Part shown: positions 16,758 through 26,500 of the stretch, piece by piece
Layout of the letters: every line of letters begins with the position of its first letter
How positions within the stretch are numbered: the stretch's first letter is position 1
Assembly: GCA_963699985.1 (NCBI GenBank)
Contig: CAVOVZ010000013.1
Span: 119,799 to 183,798 of the forward strand
Source of the DNA: Terriglobia bacterium
GTDB taxonomy: Bacteria > Acidobacteriota > Polarisedimenticolia > Polarisedimenticolales > CAVOVZ01
DNA length: 64,000 bases
Direction of reading: 5' to 3'
Made by a program: the position numbers and the translations under genes
Notes under the pieces: generated by a model
The model's input: the letters and a program-made list of their open reading frames with translations, nothing else
The model's database searches: none
Told to the model about the DNA's origin: nothing

Positions 16758-18314
16758 GTGATCGATTGGCGGGCCGCCACGCGGGCGCACGAGCGCCTCG
16801 CGCCGAGAAACGACAGGCTCCTGCTGTCGTTCGCGCTGGCGAAGCTCGCGGTGCAACTTTCGGTCATCCGGGGGTACGGCTACTTCCGCGACGAGCTGTA
16901 CTACCTCGCCTGCTCCGACCGGCTCGCGTGGGGATACGTCGACCACCCGCCGCTCTCCATCGTCCTCCTGCGCGGGGTCCGGGTCCTCCTGGGGGACTCG
17001 CTGCCGGCGCTGCGCCTGCTTCCCGCGCTCGCCGGAGCCGCGACGGTGTGGCTCGCCGGGTGGATCTGCTGGCGGATGCGGGGCGGACCGATCGGCCAGG
17101 CCCTGGCCATGACCGCGGCGATCGGGGCTCCCGTCCTTCTCGGCGCGAACCACGTCTACAGCATGAATGCCTTCGACGTCCTGTTCTGGACTCTCGCCGC
17201 CGCGATTCTCGTCCGCGTCTTCGACGACGGCGACGCGAAACTCTGGCTCCTGCTCGGTGTCGTTCTCGGCCTGGGCCTGATGAACAAGATCAGCGTCCTC
17301 TGGCTCGGGTTCGGCCTGGTCATCGGACTGCGATTCACGCAGCAGCGCGGCTGGCTGACCACCAAGTGGCCGTGGCTTGCCGGAACGATCGCGTTCGCGA
17401 TCTTCGCGCCTCACGTTGCCTGGCAGGTCCAGCGCGGCTGGCCGACGCTCGAGTTCATGCGGAACGCGGTCCAGATCAAGATGCAGCCGATCACGCCGCC
17501 GCAGTTCCTGCTCGAGCTGCTCCTCGAGCTCAACCCTGCCGCGCTTCCGGTTTGGCTCGGTGGACTCGCCTTTCTCCTGCTCGCTCCCGCCGCGCGGAAA
17601 CACCGCCCGCTCGCACTGATGTTCCTGGTGATCCTCGCGCTGCTGATGGCCTTTCGGAGCGTTCGTCCCTCCTACCTCGCCGCCGCGGCGCCGATGCTGT
17701 TCGCCGCCGGAGGGGCTGCGATCGGACGGATCTCCGCGCAGCTGCGCGGACGCTGGCTGGCTCCCGGCCTGCTGTCGATCGCGGCGCTGGGGGGTGTGGC
17801 GCTGGCTCCCATGGCTCTCCCGATCCTGCCGGTCGCGAGCTACGTGCGATACGCGACCGCCCTGCGCGTCTCGCCCGGAACGAACGAAAGGCTCGCGGTC
17901 GGCCCTCTCCCGCAGCATTTCGCCGACATGTTCGGCTGGGAGGCTCTCGCCGATGCCGTGGCCCGGGCGTACGAGGGCCTTCCGCCCGAGGATCGACGCG
18001 ATGCCGCGCTCTTCGTCCAGAACTACGGCGAGGCAGGCGCGGTGGAATTCTTCGGAAGGTCCCGCGGCCTCCCAACGGTCCTGTGCCCGCACAACACCTA
18101 CTGGTACTGGGGATCCCGATCGCTCTCCGCGAAGGTACTTGTCGTCCTCGGAGGAGACGAGCAGGACAATCGGGAGAACTGCCGGGAGCTCGAGAAGCTC
18201 GGCTCCGTGGAGTGCGGATCCTGCATGCCGTACGAGAACGGCCGCGCCATCTACCTCTGCCGCCTGCGCGCGCCGCTCTCGACGCTCTGGCCCCGCCTCA
18301 AGCGGTTCATCTGA
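16758..18314 (+). CDS. glycosyltransferase family 39 (ArnT/PMT-like membrane mannosyl/arabinosyltransferase)
   Basis: The product is polytopic. YFRDELYYLACSDRLAWGYVDHPPLS is the family 39 N-terminal loop motif, and there are multiple TM helices followed by a soluble C-terminal domain. An RBS (GGAAGGAGA) precedes the GTG start. Confidence 0.85.
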   Translation: MIDWRAATRAHERLAPRNDRLLLSFALAKLAVQLSVIRGYGYFRDELYYLACSDRLAWGYVDHPPLSIVLLRGVRVLLGDSLPALRLLPALAGAATVWLAGWICWRMRGGPIGQALAMTAAIGAPVLLGANHVYSMNAFDVLFWTLAAAILVRVFDDGDAKLWLLLGVVLGLGLMNKISVLWLGFGLVIGLRFTQQRGWLTTKWPWLAGTIAFAIFAPHVAWQVQRGWPTLEFMRNAVQIKMQPITPPQFLLELLLELNPAALPVWLGGLAFLLLAPAARKHRPLALMFLVILALLMAFRSVRPSYLAAAAPMLFAAGGAAIGRISAQLRGRWLAPGLLSIAALGGVALAPMALPILPVASYVRYATALRVSPGTNERLAVGPLPQHFADMFGWEALADAVARAYEGLPPEDRRDAALFVQNYGEAGAVEFFGRSRGLPTVLCPHNTYWYWGSRSLSAKVLVVLGGDEQDNRENCRELEKLGSVECGSCMPYENGRAIYLCRLRAPLSTLWPRLKRFI

Positions 18315-18341
18315 GAGACCGCTGCCATGCGCGGCGGCCGT

Positions 18342-19142
18342 TCAGCTGCTGGCGGACGTGTACTTGCTCAGAGAGGTCAGCCACACGACCCGGGCGACGG
18401 CGGCGAAGACCACCGAGCCGGCGACCGCGCCGAAGAGAGCCGGCGCCGACAGCTTCCCCAGGAGCGCGAGCGCCGGGTAGGTGGTCATCAGCGCGAGCGG
18501 AATCACGAACGTGAAGAAGAGGCTGAGGGCCCCTCGAAAGATCGAAGACGGCCAGCGCGCCGCGTCGAAGATCGAGCCGAACAGGAACGTGAGGTTGTCG
18601 ATGCGGACCACGTGGAACGCCGCGCTCACGGTGAGGATCCAGAGCGAGTAGAGCAGCAGGCTGGAGCTCGCCAGCAGCACGATCGCTCCCGCGACGTCCA
18701 GGAGCGAAGGCCAGCGGTGGAGCTGGCGGAACGCGTACGCGAAGATCGCCGCCGCAGTCAAGATGTTCGTGGCCCGCCAGGGCTGGAAGCGAGCCGTGGA
18801 CACCAGAAACTGCGCGTCCGCGGGCTTGAGGAGCACGAAATCCAGGGTTCCCTTCCGGATGTGCTCCACGACGCTCGTCAGGCTGGGGTTGATCGCCCCC
18901 TCCAGTACCCCCTGGAGCAACGTGAACCAACCCACGACCAGGAGCGCCTCGCCGTACGACCAGCCCGCGACCGTCTCGCGTCCGCGGAACGCCAGGACCA
19001 GCGGCACCAGCGCCGTGAGCGCCCACACGGCCTGGAGAATGCCCTCGACGAAAAAATCGAACCGGTACTGGAGGACCGCCAGCGTCGAGGCGCGCAGCTG
19101 GACGCCGAAGAGTCGCAGGTACCGCAGCGGCCGCACGCTCAT
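18342..19142 (-). CDS. ABC-2 family transporter permease (DUF990-like)
   Basis: The sequence MSVRPLRYLRLFGVQLRASTLAVLQYRFDFFVEG... indicates a six-TM permease. Its start overlaps the upstream stop (ATGA). The upstream 189 codons of ORF 18342..19709 are not coding. Confidence 0.8.
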   Translation of the reverse strand: MSVRPLRYLRLFGVQLRASTLAVLQYRFDFFVEGILQAVWALTALVPLVLAFRGRETVAGWSYGEALLVVGWFTLLQGVLEGAINPSLTSVVEHIRKGTLDFVLLKPADAQFLVSTARFQPWRATNILTAAAIFAYAFRQLHRWPSLLDVAGAIVLLASSSLLLYSLWILTVSAAFHVVRIDNLTFLFGSIFDAARWPSSIFRGALSLFFTFVIPLALMTTYPALALLGKLSAPALFGAVAGSVVFAAVARVVWLTSLSKYTSASS

Positions 19143-19945
19143 CCCCCGAACGCCGCGAATCGGCGGAGCCCTCCCCGCCAGAGGGCGAGGGATGCGAGCA
19201 GAAGCGCCACCACCCAGGTCCATTGCCCCGCGAGGAGCCGGAGGGCCGCGGGGAGCTGGTGTGCTGACGTGATCACCTCCACCGGAAACCCGACCTGGTA
19301 GCGGAACGGCAGGACCTGAACGAACGCGCGCGCCCCGGGGGGGAAGAGCTCCACCGGCACGAGGTACCCGCTGAACACGAAGAACAGCGCGAGCCACACG
19401 TCCATCGCCTTGATGCTGCTCTCGAGATAGAACGCGAGGCTTCCGATGGCAAACCCGGCGAGATACGAGATCAGCCATGCGCCCAGCATGGACGCGCACC
19501 AGACTCCCCACATCCGGGGATCGCGCGGCAGTACGTGGGACCCCACCACGGCGAGGCCCGCCGCCGCCATGGGCACCGCGACGATGAGGCGCAGCGGCTG
19601 CGCGGCCAGGTTCCCCGCGGCGAACGTCACCATCGGGTGGATCGGACGCAGCAGCCGCATCGCGAGCGTTCCTTGACGAATCTCGTAGTTCATCTCCCAC
19701 GCCACCCACGAGCCGGTGAGCTGCCGGACGACGAAGGTCGCGAGGAAGTACGCGGTGAACTCCCGCTGCCCGAACCGCCCCACCGGCCCATCCCGCGCCA
19801 CCGCGATCCAGAGCGCGAGCATGATGAGCGGCATCGTGGTGGAGAGCATCCAGATCAGGAACTCGGCGCGATACGCCACCGCCTGGGCGAGCCCGATTTT
19901 CAGGAGCGTCGGGGAGGCCCGCAAGGTCGCCGCCACGCGGCTCAT
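19139..19945 (-). CDS. ABC-2 family transporter permease
   Basis: MSRVAATLRASPTLLKIGLAQAVAYRAEFLIWML... The start lies 1 nt after the ATPase stop. Confidence 0.8.
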   Translation of the reverse strand: MSRVAATLRASPTLLKIGLAQAVAYRAEFLIWMLSTTMPLIMLALWIAVARDGPVGRFGQREFTAYFLATFVVRQLTGSWVAWEMNYEIRQGTLAMRLLRPIHPMVTFAAGNLAAQPLRLIVAVPMAAAGLAVVGSHVLPRDPRMWGVWCASMLGAWLISYLAGFAIGSLAFYLESSIKAMDVWLALFFVFSGYLVPVELFPPGARAFVQVLPFRYQVGFPVEVITSAHQLPAALRLLAGQWTWVVALLLASLALWRGGLRRFAAFGG

Positions 19946-19946
19946 C

Positions 19947-20951
19947 TCAGAGCACCTCGGGAGCGCTCGTCGCACGTGCCGCGCGGCTGCGGGAGAACAG
20001 CTCGCTCATGACCTCCTCCAGCGGTGCGTTCTCGACCGTCAGGTCCCGCACGGGCAGGGACTGGAGGGCCCGGGTCACCGTGGAGCTCACGGCGTCCTGA
20101 TGCACCTGGAGAACCGCCTCCGCCGAGCCGTGCGAGACCACCACCCCGAGGGCGTCCAGATCCGCCCGGTCCACGGGTCCCTTCAGGTGCAGCACCACGC
20201 GCTTCTCGGGACGCACGCGCCGCACCAGTTCCTCGAGACCTCCGTCGTAGGAGAGCGTCCCCTTGTCGATGACGATCACCCGAGGGCATAGCGCGGCCAC
20301 GTCGTCCATGTAGTGGCTGGTGAGGAGAATCGTCGCCCCCCGGCGCTCGTTGTAGCTCTTGATGAACGCGCGGATCGTCGCCTGCATCGACACGTCGAGG
20401 CCGATGGTCGGCTCGTCCAGGAAGAGGACCTTCGGCCGGTGGATGAGCGCGGCGGCCAGCTCGCACTTCATGCGCTCGCCGAGCGAGAGCTGGCGCGTGG
20501 GCTTCGAGACCAGCTCGTGGAGCTCGAGCAGCTCGGTGAGCTCGGCGAGCGTCTCGCGGAACTCGACGCGCGGGACGTCGTAGACCGCCCGGTTCAGCTC
20601 GAACGTCTCGCTCGGGGGCAGGTCCCAGAGGAGCTGCTGCTTCTGTCCCATGACGAGCGTGATCTCGCGGAGAAACGCGTCGTCGCGATGCCGGGGGACG
20701 TGGCCGTCCACCGCGATCTCTCCCGAAGTGGGGTGCAGCAGTCCGGACAGCACCTTGAGCGTCGTCGTCTTGCCCGCCCCGTTGGGTCCCAGGAACCCGA
20801 CCCGTTCTCCGGGACCGACGTCGAACGTCACGCCGTCCACGGCTCGAACGGTGGTGTACTGGCGCCGGACGAGCGACCGCAGCGCCGCGCGGATCCCGGG
20901 CGGTCTCTGGTGAACCCGGTAGTGCTTTCGAAGCTCGCGAACGGCGATCAT
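19947..20951 (-). CDS. ABC transporter ATP-binding protein
   Basis: Walker A GPNGAGKTT, signature LSLGERMK, Walker B VLFLDEPTIGLD, and H-loop TSHYM are all present. Confidence 0.9.
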   Translation of the reverse strand: MIAVRELRKHYRVHQRPPGIRAALRSLVRRQYTTVRAVDGVTFDVGPGERVGFLGPNGAGKTTTLKVLSGLLHPTSGEIAVDGHVPRHRDDAFLREITLVMGQKQQLLWDLPPSETFELNRAVYDVPRVEFRETLAELTELLELHELVSKPTRQLSLGERMKCELAAALIHRPKVLFLDEPTIGLDVSMQATIRAFIKSYNERRGATILLTSHYMDDVAALCPRVIVIDKGTLSYDGGLEELVRRVRPEKRVVLHLKGPVDRADLDALGVVVSHGSAEAVLQVHQDAVSSTVTRALQSLPVRDLTVENAPLEEVMSELFSRSRAARATSAPEVL

Positions 20952-21049
20952 GAGTGGTCGAGTATATCCGTCCGTCGGCGGGCGATCCCGAAGTCGTCGG
21001 GAGCCGACAGGGATTCAGACGGGGCGGAGGAGAATCGGCGAGGGGAAGA

Positions 21050-21652
21050 TCAGGGAGAACCGGAATCCGGCTTGGACGAGAACCAGCGAGAGGGGGCACG
21101 CCAGGAGTCCTTCGGCCACCAGGTCGGATCGGTCGGCGTCTTGTACCAGCGCACGGGGTTGAAGCCCGTCACGTCCTGGGAGGCGCGAAACGCCGACGTC
21201 GGGGCCCAGACGAATGGCGTCGGCGCCTGGAACCACTTCGCCGGGTGGAAATCGGAGACGTCGGCGCCCAGGCCGCTCGCGGGGATCCAGTCGCCCCGCA
21301 CGGCACCTTCGCGAAACTTCGCCGGATCGCGGCCGAACGCCGCGAGCTGCTCGCGGGCCTTCGGGGGCCGGATCGGCTCGGGCCGCCCCGCGAGCGCCAG
21401 CGGAGCGGTTGGGCGCAATCCCGTAGGCGCGGCGTCCTCCCCGCCGAGGAGCGCCACGCTCTTGGTGATCTCGACCGGGATCGTGACGACGTCCCCGTCC
21501 TCGTTGGTCAACAGGTAGAACCCGTCGGCCGTGCGCTCGAGCGTCTCTCCGGTGAGCACGCGGCCGTCCTCGAGCGTCAGCTGCGCCCCGGCCCACGCGG
21601 CCGGAATGGCGAGAAACGCGGCGAGAGCGATGACCACGGAGGATCGTTTCAC
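21050..21652 (-). CDS. secreted hypothetical protein
   Basis: GTG 21652 follows a GAGGG RBS. The signal peptide is KRSSVVIALAAFLAIPAAWA, and the C-terminal half is Trp/Pro-rich. Confidence 0.55.
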   Translation of the reverse strand: MKRSSVVIALAAFLAIPAAWAGAQLTLEDGRVLTGETLERTADGFYLLTNEDGDVVTIPVEITKSVALLGGEDAAPTGLRPTAPLALAGRPEPIRPPKAREQLAAFGRDPAKFREGAVRGDWIPASGLGADVSDFHPAKWFQAPTPFVWAPTSAFRASQDVTGFNPVRWYKTPTDPTWWPKDSWRAPSRWFSSKPDSGSP

Positions 21653-21729
21653 GCGAACCCTCGATTCGCAGTCAGGATAACGCCCCCTCGCCGCGATTGC
21701 ACGCCGGGTCCCCCGCACGCGCGCTGCGG

Positions 21730-22227
21730 TCACACGAGGAGCTGGACGTCGGCGGAGCCGGCGAAGTCCAGGAACGCGGCGGCGCCGGCGATCCTGGATC
21801 CCTCGATCAGGTCCTCCTCGCGGATCCCCATGAGCCCCATCGTGGTGGAGCAGGCGAAGAACCGTACGTTCAGGCCCCGGGCCATCTCGAGGAACGCCGG
21901 CAGGTCGGGCATCCTGGCTCGGGCCATCTTCCTCTTCATCATCCAGGTCGCCACGGCGGTCATGCCGGGGAGCGCGCCGACCAGGCTGGGAACCGGCCCG
22001 GCCATCGCCGGGTTGCCAAGAAGCGACACGCGGAGTTTCCCGATCTTCTTCCTGTGGAGGATGTCGAGGCCGTAGAACGTGAAGAAGATGCCGGCCTCCC
22101 AGCCCATGCTCGCCGCCGTGGTGGCCAGGATCAGAGGCGGATACGCCATGTCCAGCGTTCCCTTCGAGGCGACCACGGCGATCCTCTTCCTGCGTCCGGG
22201 GGCGGCTCTCTCTTTGTCGCCGCTCAT
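21730..22227 (-). CDS. DsrE/DsrF-like sulfur-relay family protein
   Basis: IAVVASKGTLDMAYPPLILATTAASMGWEAGIFFTFYGL...FFACSTTMGLMG is the DsrE-fold pattern. The gene overlaps the upstream tusA-like stop. Confidence 0.8.
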   Translation of the reverse strand: MSGDKERAAPGRRKRIAVVASKGTLDMAYPPLILATTAASMGWEAGIFFTFYGLDILHRKKIGKLRVSLLGNPAMAGPVPSLVGALPGMTAVATWMMKRKMARARMPDLPAFLEMARGLNVRFFACSTTMGLMGIREEDLIEGSRIAGAAAFLDFAGSADVQLLV

Positions 22228-22496
22228 CGGTCCGCTCCTCTGCGCAGCAGGAACGTGTGCACTCCGTCGCTCGCTTTCGCCCGGAGCAGCTCGTGAGTAC
22301 CCTGCGCGGCGAATGCGGGGAAGTCGGCTACCGATCCGGGATCGGTGCAGACCACCCGGAGCAGGTCGCCCGGCCGGAGGCGGGCCAGCGCCTTCGACGT
22401 GAGGTACACCGGAAGCGGACAGAGGAGTCCGGAGCAGTCGAGCACCTCCGCGGCTTCTTCCGCTGCGGTTTCGTGCGGGCCCTCTCGGGGCGTCAT
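22224..22496 (-). CDS. tusA: TusA/SirA-like sulfurtransferase
   Basis: VLDCSGLLCPLPVYLTSKAL contains the CPxP active-site motif, and the product is about 90 aa. Confidence 0.85.
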   Translation of the reverse strand: MTPREGPHETAAEEAAEVLDCSGLLCPLPVYLTSKALARLRPGDLLRVVCTDPGSVADFPAFAAQGTHELLRAKASDGVHTFLLRRGADR

Positions 22497-22587
22497 CGTG
22501 CCACCTCCTTCTCGTCGTGCGGCGAGTCAGCGCACCGGCGACGCGGAATCAGGATGCCTCGAATGGCGAAACCGGTCGACCGGCGAC

Positions 22588-22632
22588 TTGACCCCTTTCG
22601 GCGCTTCCTGCTAAACTCGGAATCGTTCCGAA
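22588..22632 (+). promoter_or_regulatory. candidate promoter plus palindromic operator for the Fur-family gene
   Basis: TTGACC (22588-22593), an 18-nt spacer, then TAAACT (22612-22617), immediately followed by the palindrome TCGGAA-TCG-TTCCGA. Confidence 0.4.
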
Positions 22633-22663
22633 CAAGTCCCCTGCTCGAGGCGACCACGAGCGC

Positions 22664-23182
22664 ATGGACGAGACGAATCGAAGGGCGAAGCGACTGCGCG
22701 ATGCGGGGCTGCGCGTGACCGCCCCGCGACTGGCCATCCTCTCCGAGCTCGAGCGCAACCGGACGCACCCCAGCGCCGAAGAGGTTCATCTTCGCGTGAG
22801 CGGCCGGCACCCGTCCCTTTCGGTCTCGACGGTCTACCTGACGCTGGAAGCGTTCGTCCGCGCCGGGCTGGCGAGACGGCTGCCTGGCCAGGACGGCCGG
22901 CTGCGAGTCGACGGGACCGATCCCGATCACGACCACGCGGTCTGCCTGGGCTGCGGGGAGATTCTCGACGTCCCGCGCGCGCGAGCCCGGAGGCCGCAGG
23001 TCCGCTCTCGTCTGCCTCACGGGGTCAAGATCCTGGACGCGAGGGTAGAGTACGAGGTGCTCTGCGCGCGCTGTCAGCCGGAGAGCCGGGTCCGCGCACG
23101 GAGTTCCCAGGGGCTTCACCGCTACTCTCGAGACCACTGCAACCAACCAACGTCCAAAAGGAGACAGCCATGGCCCAACTGA
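22664..23182 (+). CDS. Fur-family transcriptional regulator (possibly PerR-like)
   Basis: GLRVTAPRLAILSELERNRTHPSAEEVH...STVYLTLEAFVRAGL is a winged helix; HDHAVCLGCGEI and CARC provide the metal sites. A long basic tail overlaps the rubrerythrin start. Confidence 0.85.
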   Translation: MDETNRRAKRLRDAGLRVTAPRLAILSELERNRTHPSAEEVHLRVSGRHPSLSVSTVYLTLEAFVRAGLARRLPGQDGRLRVDGTDPDHDHAVCLGCGEILDVPRARARRPQVRSRLPHGVKILDARVEYEVLCARCQPESRVRARSSQGLHRYSRDHCNQPTSKRRQPWPN

Positions 23183-23586
23183 GAGGATCGAAGACGCAGG
23201 AGAACCTGAAGTACGCGTTCGCCGGGGAGTCCCAGGCGAACCGGCGCTACCTCTACTTCGCGAAGGCCGCGGACATCGAGGGATACCCGGAGGTCGCGGG
23301 GCTCTTCCGTGACACGGCCGAGGGGGAGACCGGGCACGCCCATGGCCATCTGGAGTACCTGAAGAAGGTCGCCGACCCGGCCACCGACATGCCCATTCGC
23401 GACGTGCCGGACATGCTCAAGTCGGCCGTCGCCGGGGAGACCCACGAGTACACCGACATGTACCCGGGCATGTCGAAGACCGCACGAGAAGAAGGCTTCG
23501 CCGAGATCGCCGACTGGTTCGAGACGCTGGCGAAGGCCGAGCGCTCGCACGCGGGCAAGTTCCAGAAGGCGCTGGAGACCTTCTGA
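23170..23586 (+). CDS. rbr: rubrerythrin-family diiron protein (no rubredoxin domain)
   Basis: TQENLKYAFAGESQANRRYLYFA...EGETGHAHGHLEYL...AVAGETHEYTDMYP...AKAERSHAGKF contains two ExxH diiron motifs. Confidence 0.9.
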   Translation: MAQLRGSKTQENLKYAFAGESQANRRYLYFAKAADIEGYPEVAGLFRDTAEGETGHAHGHLEYLKKVADPATDMPIRDVPDMLKSAVAGETHEYTDMYPGMSKTAREEGFAEIADWFETLAKAERSHAGKFQKALETF

Positions 23587-23606
23587 TCCTCGGTCCCGAA
23601 CCGGTA

Positions 23607-23637
23607 GGCCGGGGCGGCGCATCGCGTCGCCCCGGCC
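23607..23637 (+). terminator. GC-rich hairpin after rubrerythrin (attenuator or terminator candidate)
   Basis: GGCCGGGGCGGCG-cat-CGCGTCGCCCCGGCC, with no U-tract. The next gene starts 44 nt later. Confidence 0.3.
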
Positions 23638-23680
23638 CGACTCCCCTCCCCCACGCGAAGCACGAGCCCCGGAGGCGACC

Positions 23681-25078
23681 ATGTCCGAACACGAGCCCAC
23701 GAAGCCAGACGGAGAGACGATCCGGTACGCGCCCACCGACGGCCTGACGTACAACCCGAACGACCCGAAGTACTGGGACGCGCAGGCGCTCGACAAGGAG
23801 ATCGTCCGGACGTTCGACCTGTGCCACGGCTGCCGGTTGTGCTTCAAGTTCTGCCAGTCGTTTCCCACGCTCTTCGACGCCGTGGACCGGCACGGGGACG
23901 TGCGCCGGATTCCCGAGTCGACCCGGCTCCGGGTGATCGACGAGTGCTTCCAGTGCAAGCTCTGTTACACGCAGTGCCCGTACACCGAGTCCGAGGGGCA
24001 CGAGTTCAAGCTGGACTTTCCCCGCCTGATCCAGCGCGCGAACGCGGTACGGCGCAAAGAAACGGGAATCCCGCTGCGCGAGCGGATGCTCGGCAATCCG
24101 GACCGGCTGGCCCGCCTCGCCCGCCCGACCGCCGCGCTGGCGAACTTCGCGAACACGTTCCGCCCCCACCGAATCCTGATGGAGAAGCTCATGGGCATCC
24201 ATCGGGACAAGCTCCTGCCCCGGTTCGCCTCGACCTCGTTCGGGAGCTGGGTTCGGCGCGAGGAGGCTCGCGCTCCGGTCCGCGAGAGCGACGGCGACCG
24301 TGTGGTTCTCTTCGCCACCTGCTTCGTCGAGCACAACCGCCCCGAGGTGGGACAGGCCGCGTACCGGGTGCTTCGACACAACGGCTGTCGCGTGGCGTGT
24401 CCGCCTCTGAACTGCTGCGGGATGCCCGCGCTCGATGGCGGCGACGTTGCGTTTGCCATCCGCCAGGCGCGGGACAACGTCCGCCTCCTCCTCCCGTACG
24501 TCGAGCAGGGGTACGCGGTGGCGGTGCTCAACCCGACGTGCAGCCTGATGCTGCGGAAGGAGTACCCGGAGATTCTCGACGACCCGAAAGACCGGGGTCT
24601 GGCCGAGGCGGCGCGCAAGGTGGCGGCGGCGACCCGGGACGGCTGCGAGTTCCTGTTCGAGCTTCGCAAGAACGGCCGATTTCTGGAGGACTTCAAGAGC
24701 ACCCCCGCGGGGAACGTGGCCTACCACGCTCCCTGCCACCTGCGGATGCAGAACGTGGGCTTCCGGGGGCGCGACCTGATGCGACGGATCCCGGAGGTCA
24801 AGCCCGTCGTCACCGCCGAGTGCTGCGGGCACGACGGCACGTGGGCGATGAAGACGGAGTACTTCGAGCTGGCGATGAAGAACGGAGAGAAGGCGTTCGA
24901 GGGGATGCGCTCGGCCGAGGCCGAGGTCTGGACGACCGACTGCCCGCTGGCCGCCGTCCAGTTCGAGCAGGCGTGCGGTAAGAAAGCGCTGCACCCCATC
25001 GAGGTTCTCGATCGGGCCTACCGGGAGGACGGCTTCGCGACGCGGGTACGCCCCTCCCCCGATCAAACCGGCGCGTGA
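23681..25078 (+). CDS. (Fe-S)-binding protein, heterodisulfide-reductase-related (HdrD/GlcF-like, two CCG domains)
   Basis: CHGCRLCFKFCQSFP and CFQCKLCYTQCPY are two 4Fe-4S motifs. LNCCGMP and ECCGHDG are CCG-domain motifs. Confidence 0.85.
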   Translation: MSEHEPTKPDGETIRYAPTDGLTYNPNDPKYWDAQALDKEIVRTFDLCHGCRLCFKFCQSFPTLFDAVDRHGDVRRIPESTRLRVIDECFQCKLCYTQCPYTESEGHEFKLDFPRLIQRANAVRRKETGIPLRERMLGNPDRLARLARPTAALANFANTFRPHRILMEKLMGIHRDKLLPRFASTSFGSWVRREEARAPVRESDGDRVVLFATCFVEHNRPEVGQAAYRVLRHNGCRVACPPLNCCGMPALDGGDVAFAIRQARDNVRLLLPYVEQGYAVAVLNPTCSLMLRKEYPEILDDPKDRGLAEAARKVAAATRDGCEFLFELRKNGRFLEDFKSTPAGNVAYHAPCHLRMQNVGFRGRDLMRRIPEVKPVVTAECCGHDGTWAMKTEYFELAMKNGEKAFEGMRSAEAEVWTTDCPLAAVQFEQACGKKALHPIEVLDRAYREDGFATRVRPSPDQTGA

Positions 25079-25095
25079 CGCACCAGGAGACAGCC

Positions 25096-25677
25096 ATGGA
25101 TTCCTTGACCGAGCGGGACGTTCCCAGCGGGGAAGAGTACGAGTCCATGCGTCCCGATTTCCGGCGACGCATCATGGTGAAGAAGGGCAAGCGCCGCGTG
25201 CTGGTGGGCGATCACTGCTCGGTGCATTTCGAGTGCCGCGACACCATGCACTACCAGGTGCTGGAGATGCTCCGGGCCGAGGACAGCTGGCGCCGTCCCG
25301 GCGCGGTGGCGGGCGAGCTCGAGGCGTACAACCCGCTGATCCCGCGGCGAGGCGAGCTGTCCGCCACCGTGATGCTCGAGTACGCCACTCCCGAGGAGCG
25401 TGCAGAGCACCTGCCCAAGTTCGTGGGGATCGACCGACACGTCTGGCTGGCGATCGGCGATCTCACTCCGGTGCTCGCCGTTTTCGATCGGGGACAGATC
25501 GACGATCGAGGAGTGTCGTCGGTCCAGTACGTGAAGTGGAGCCTCGACGCCGATCGCGTGGCGCTCCTGGGGCGCGACGGAACCGTCGTCCGCCTCGTCT
25601 TCGACCACCCGGCCTACGCGGCCCAGGCGGTCCTTTCGGAAGAGACGCGCAGGGAGATCATGCGCGACCCGCTCTGA
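25096..25677 (+). CDS. DUF3501 family protein
   Basis: YESMRPDFRRRIMVKKGKRRVLVGDHCSVHFECRDTMHYQVLEMLRAE...ELEAYNPLIP. ATG 25096 is preceded by AGGAGACAGCC, and the same 15-mer AGGAGACAGCCATGG precedes the rubrerythrin start. An alternative GTG at 25075 overlaps the upstream stop. Confidence 0.8.
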   Translation: MDSLTERDVPSGEEYESMRPDFRRRIMVKKGKRRVLVGDHCSVHFECRDTMHYQVLEMLRAEDSWRRPGAVAGELEAYNPLIPRRGELSATVMLEYATPEERAEHLPKFVGIDRHVWLAIGDLTPVLAVFDRGQIDDRGVSSVQYVKWSLDADRVALLGRDGTVVRLVFDHPAYAAQAVLSEETRREIMRDPL

Positions 25678-25701
25678 CGCGGGCTTCCACGATCGCCGGT
25701 C

Positions 25702-26457
25702 ATGCAGCCCGTTCTCGCCTACGTCGAGCACAGTCTGCCCGGGGAGACTCCCGAGGCTCGAATCGAGACCGCCCGCCGGATCGGTCTCGCGCTCGAGGTG
25801 GCGAACCGGAACGGGATCGACCGCGCCGCTCTGGGTCGCTGCGGGATCACGATCGTCACCGTCCAGGCGTACGGGATGCACGACTCGCATCCCCTCCACC
25901 CCGATCCGGCACGCCACGAATCGGCCGTGCACCACGTCCTCGAGACGATCGACCTCGCCGTGGCGCTTCGCGCTCCCCGCGTGCTCACCGCGTGCGGGTT
26001 CGGGAGCGCAGTCCACACGGATCCGTTCGGAAGCTGCGTTCGGTTCTTCCGCTCGGTCGCAACGCGCGCGCGGGAGCGCGGGGTGCGGATCCTGATCGAG
26101 CCGCTCAGCCCGCTGCGCGCTTCCGCCATGACCGATCCCGACGAGATCGCGGCGCTCCTCGACGAGCTCGGCCAGCCGGAGATCTTCGGCACCGCCATCG
26201 ATACCGGACACCTGATCGACGGTGGAGGAGATCCATCGGACATCCTCGCCCGCTGGCCGCATCGGATCGACGAGATCCAGCTGCGCGGCGCCGGATCTCG
26301 GCCGCCGGCACCGGACCTCCCGATCGACGACTGGTTGAAGCTCCCGACGCCACCGCCCGCCACCGTCGTAGTGGAGCACGGCCTCCCGATCGATCCGGGG
26401 GACCTTGGCATCCTGGTCGGCCGCCTGCGCCGGGCTCTCGGCAGTCGGAGCGCATGA
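25702..26457 (+). CDS. sugar phosphate isomerase/epimerase (xylose isomerase-like TIM barrel)
   Basis: RVLTACGFG...ARERGVRILIEPLSP...GTAIDTGHL carries the typical E/D/H metal-site spacing. Confidence 0.75.
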   Translation: MQPVLAYVEHSLPGETPEARIETARRIGLALEVANRNGIDRAALGRCGITIVTVQAYGMHDSHPLHPDPARHESAVHHVLETIDLAVALRAPRVLTACGFGSAVHTDPFGSCVRFFRSVATRARERGVRILIEPLSPLRASAMTDPDEIAALLDELGQPEIFGTAIDTGHLIDGGGDPSDILARWPHRIDEIQLRGAGSRPPAPDLPIDDWLKLPTPPPATVVVEHGLPIDPGDLGILVGRLRRALGSRSA

Positions 26458-26500
26458 CCCGAACTCCCCGGCCGCGAGAACTCGTTGTTTCAGAGGAAAC

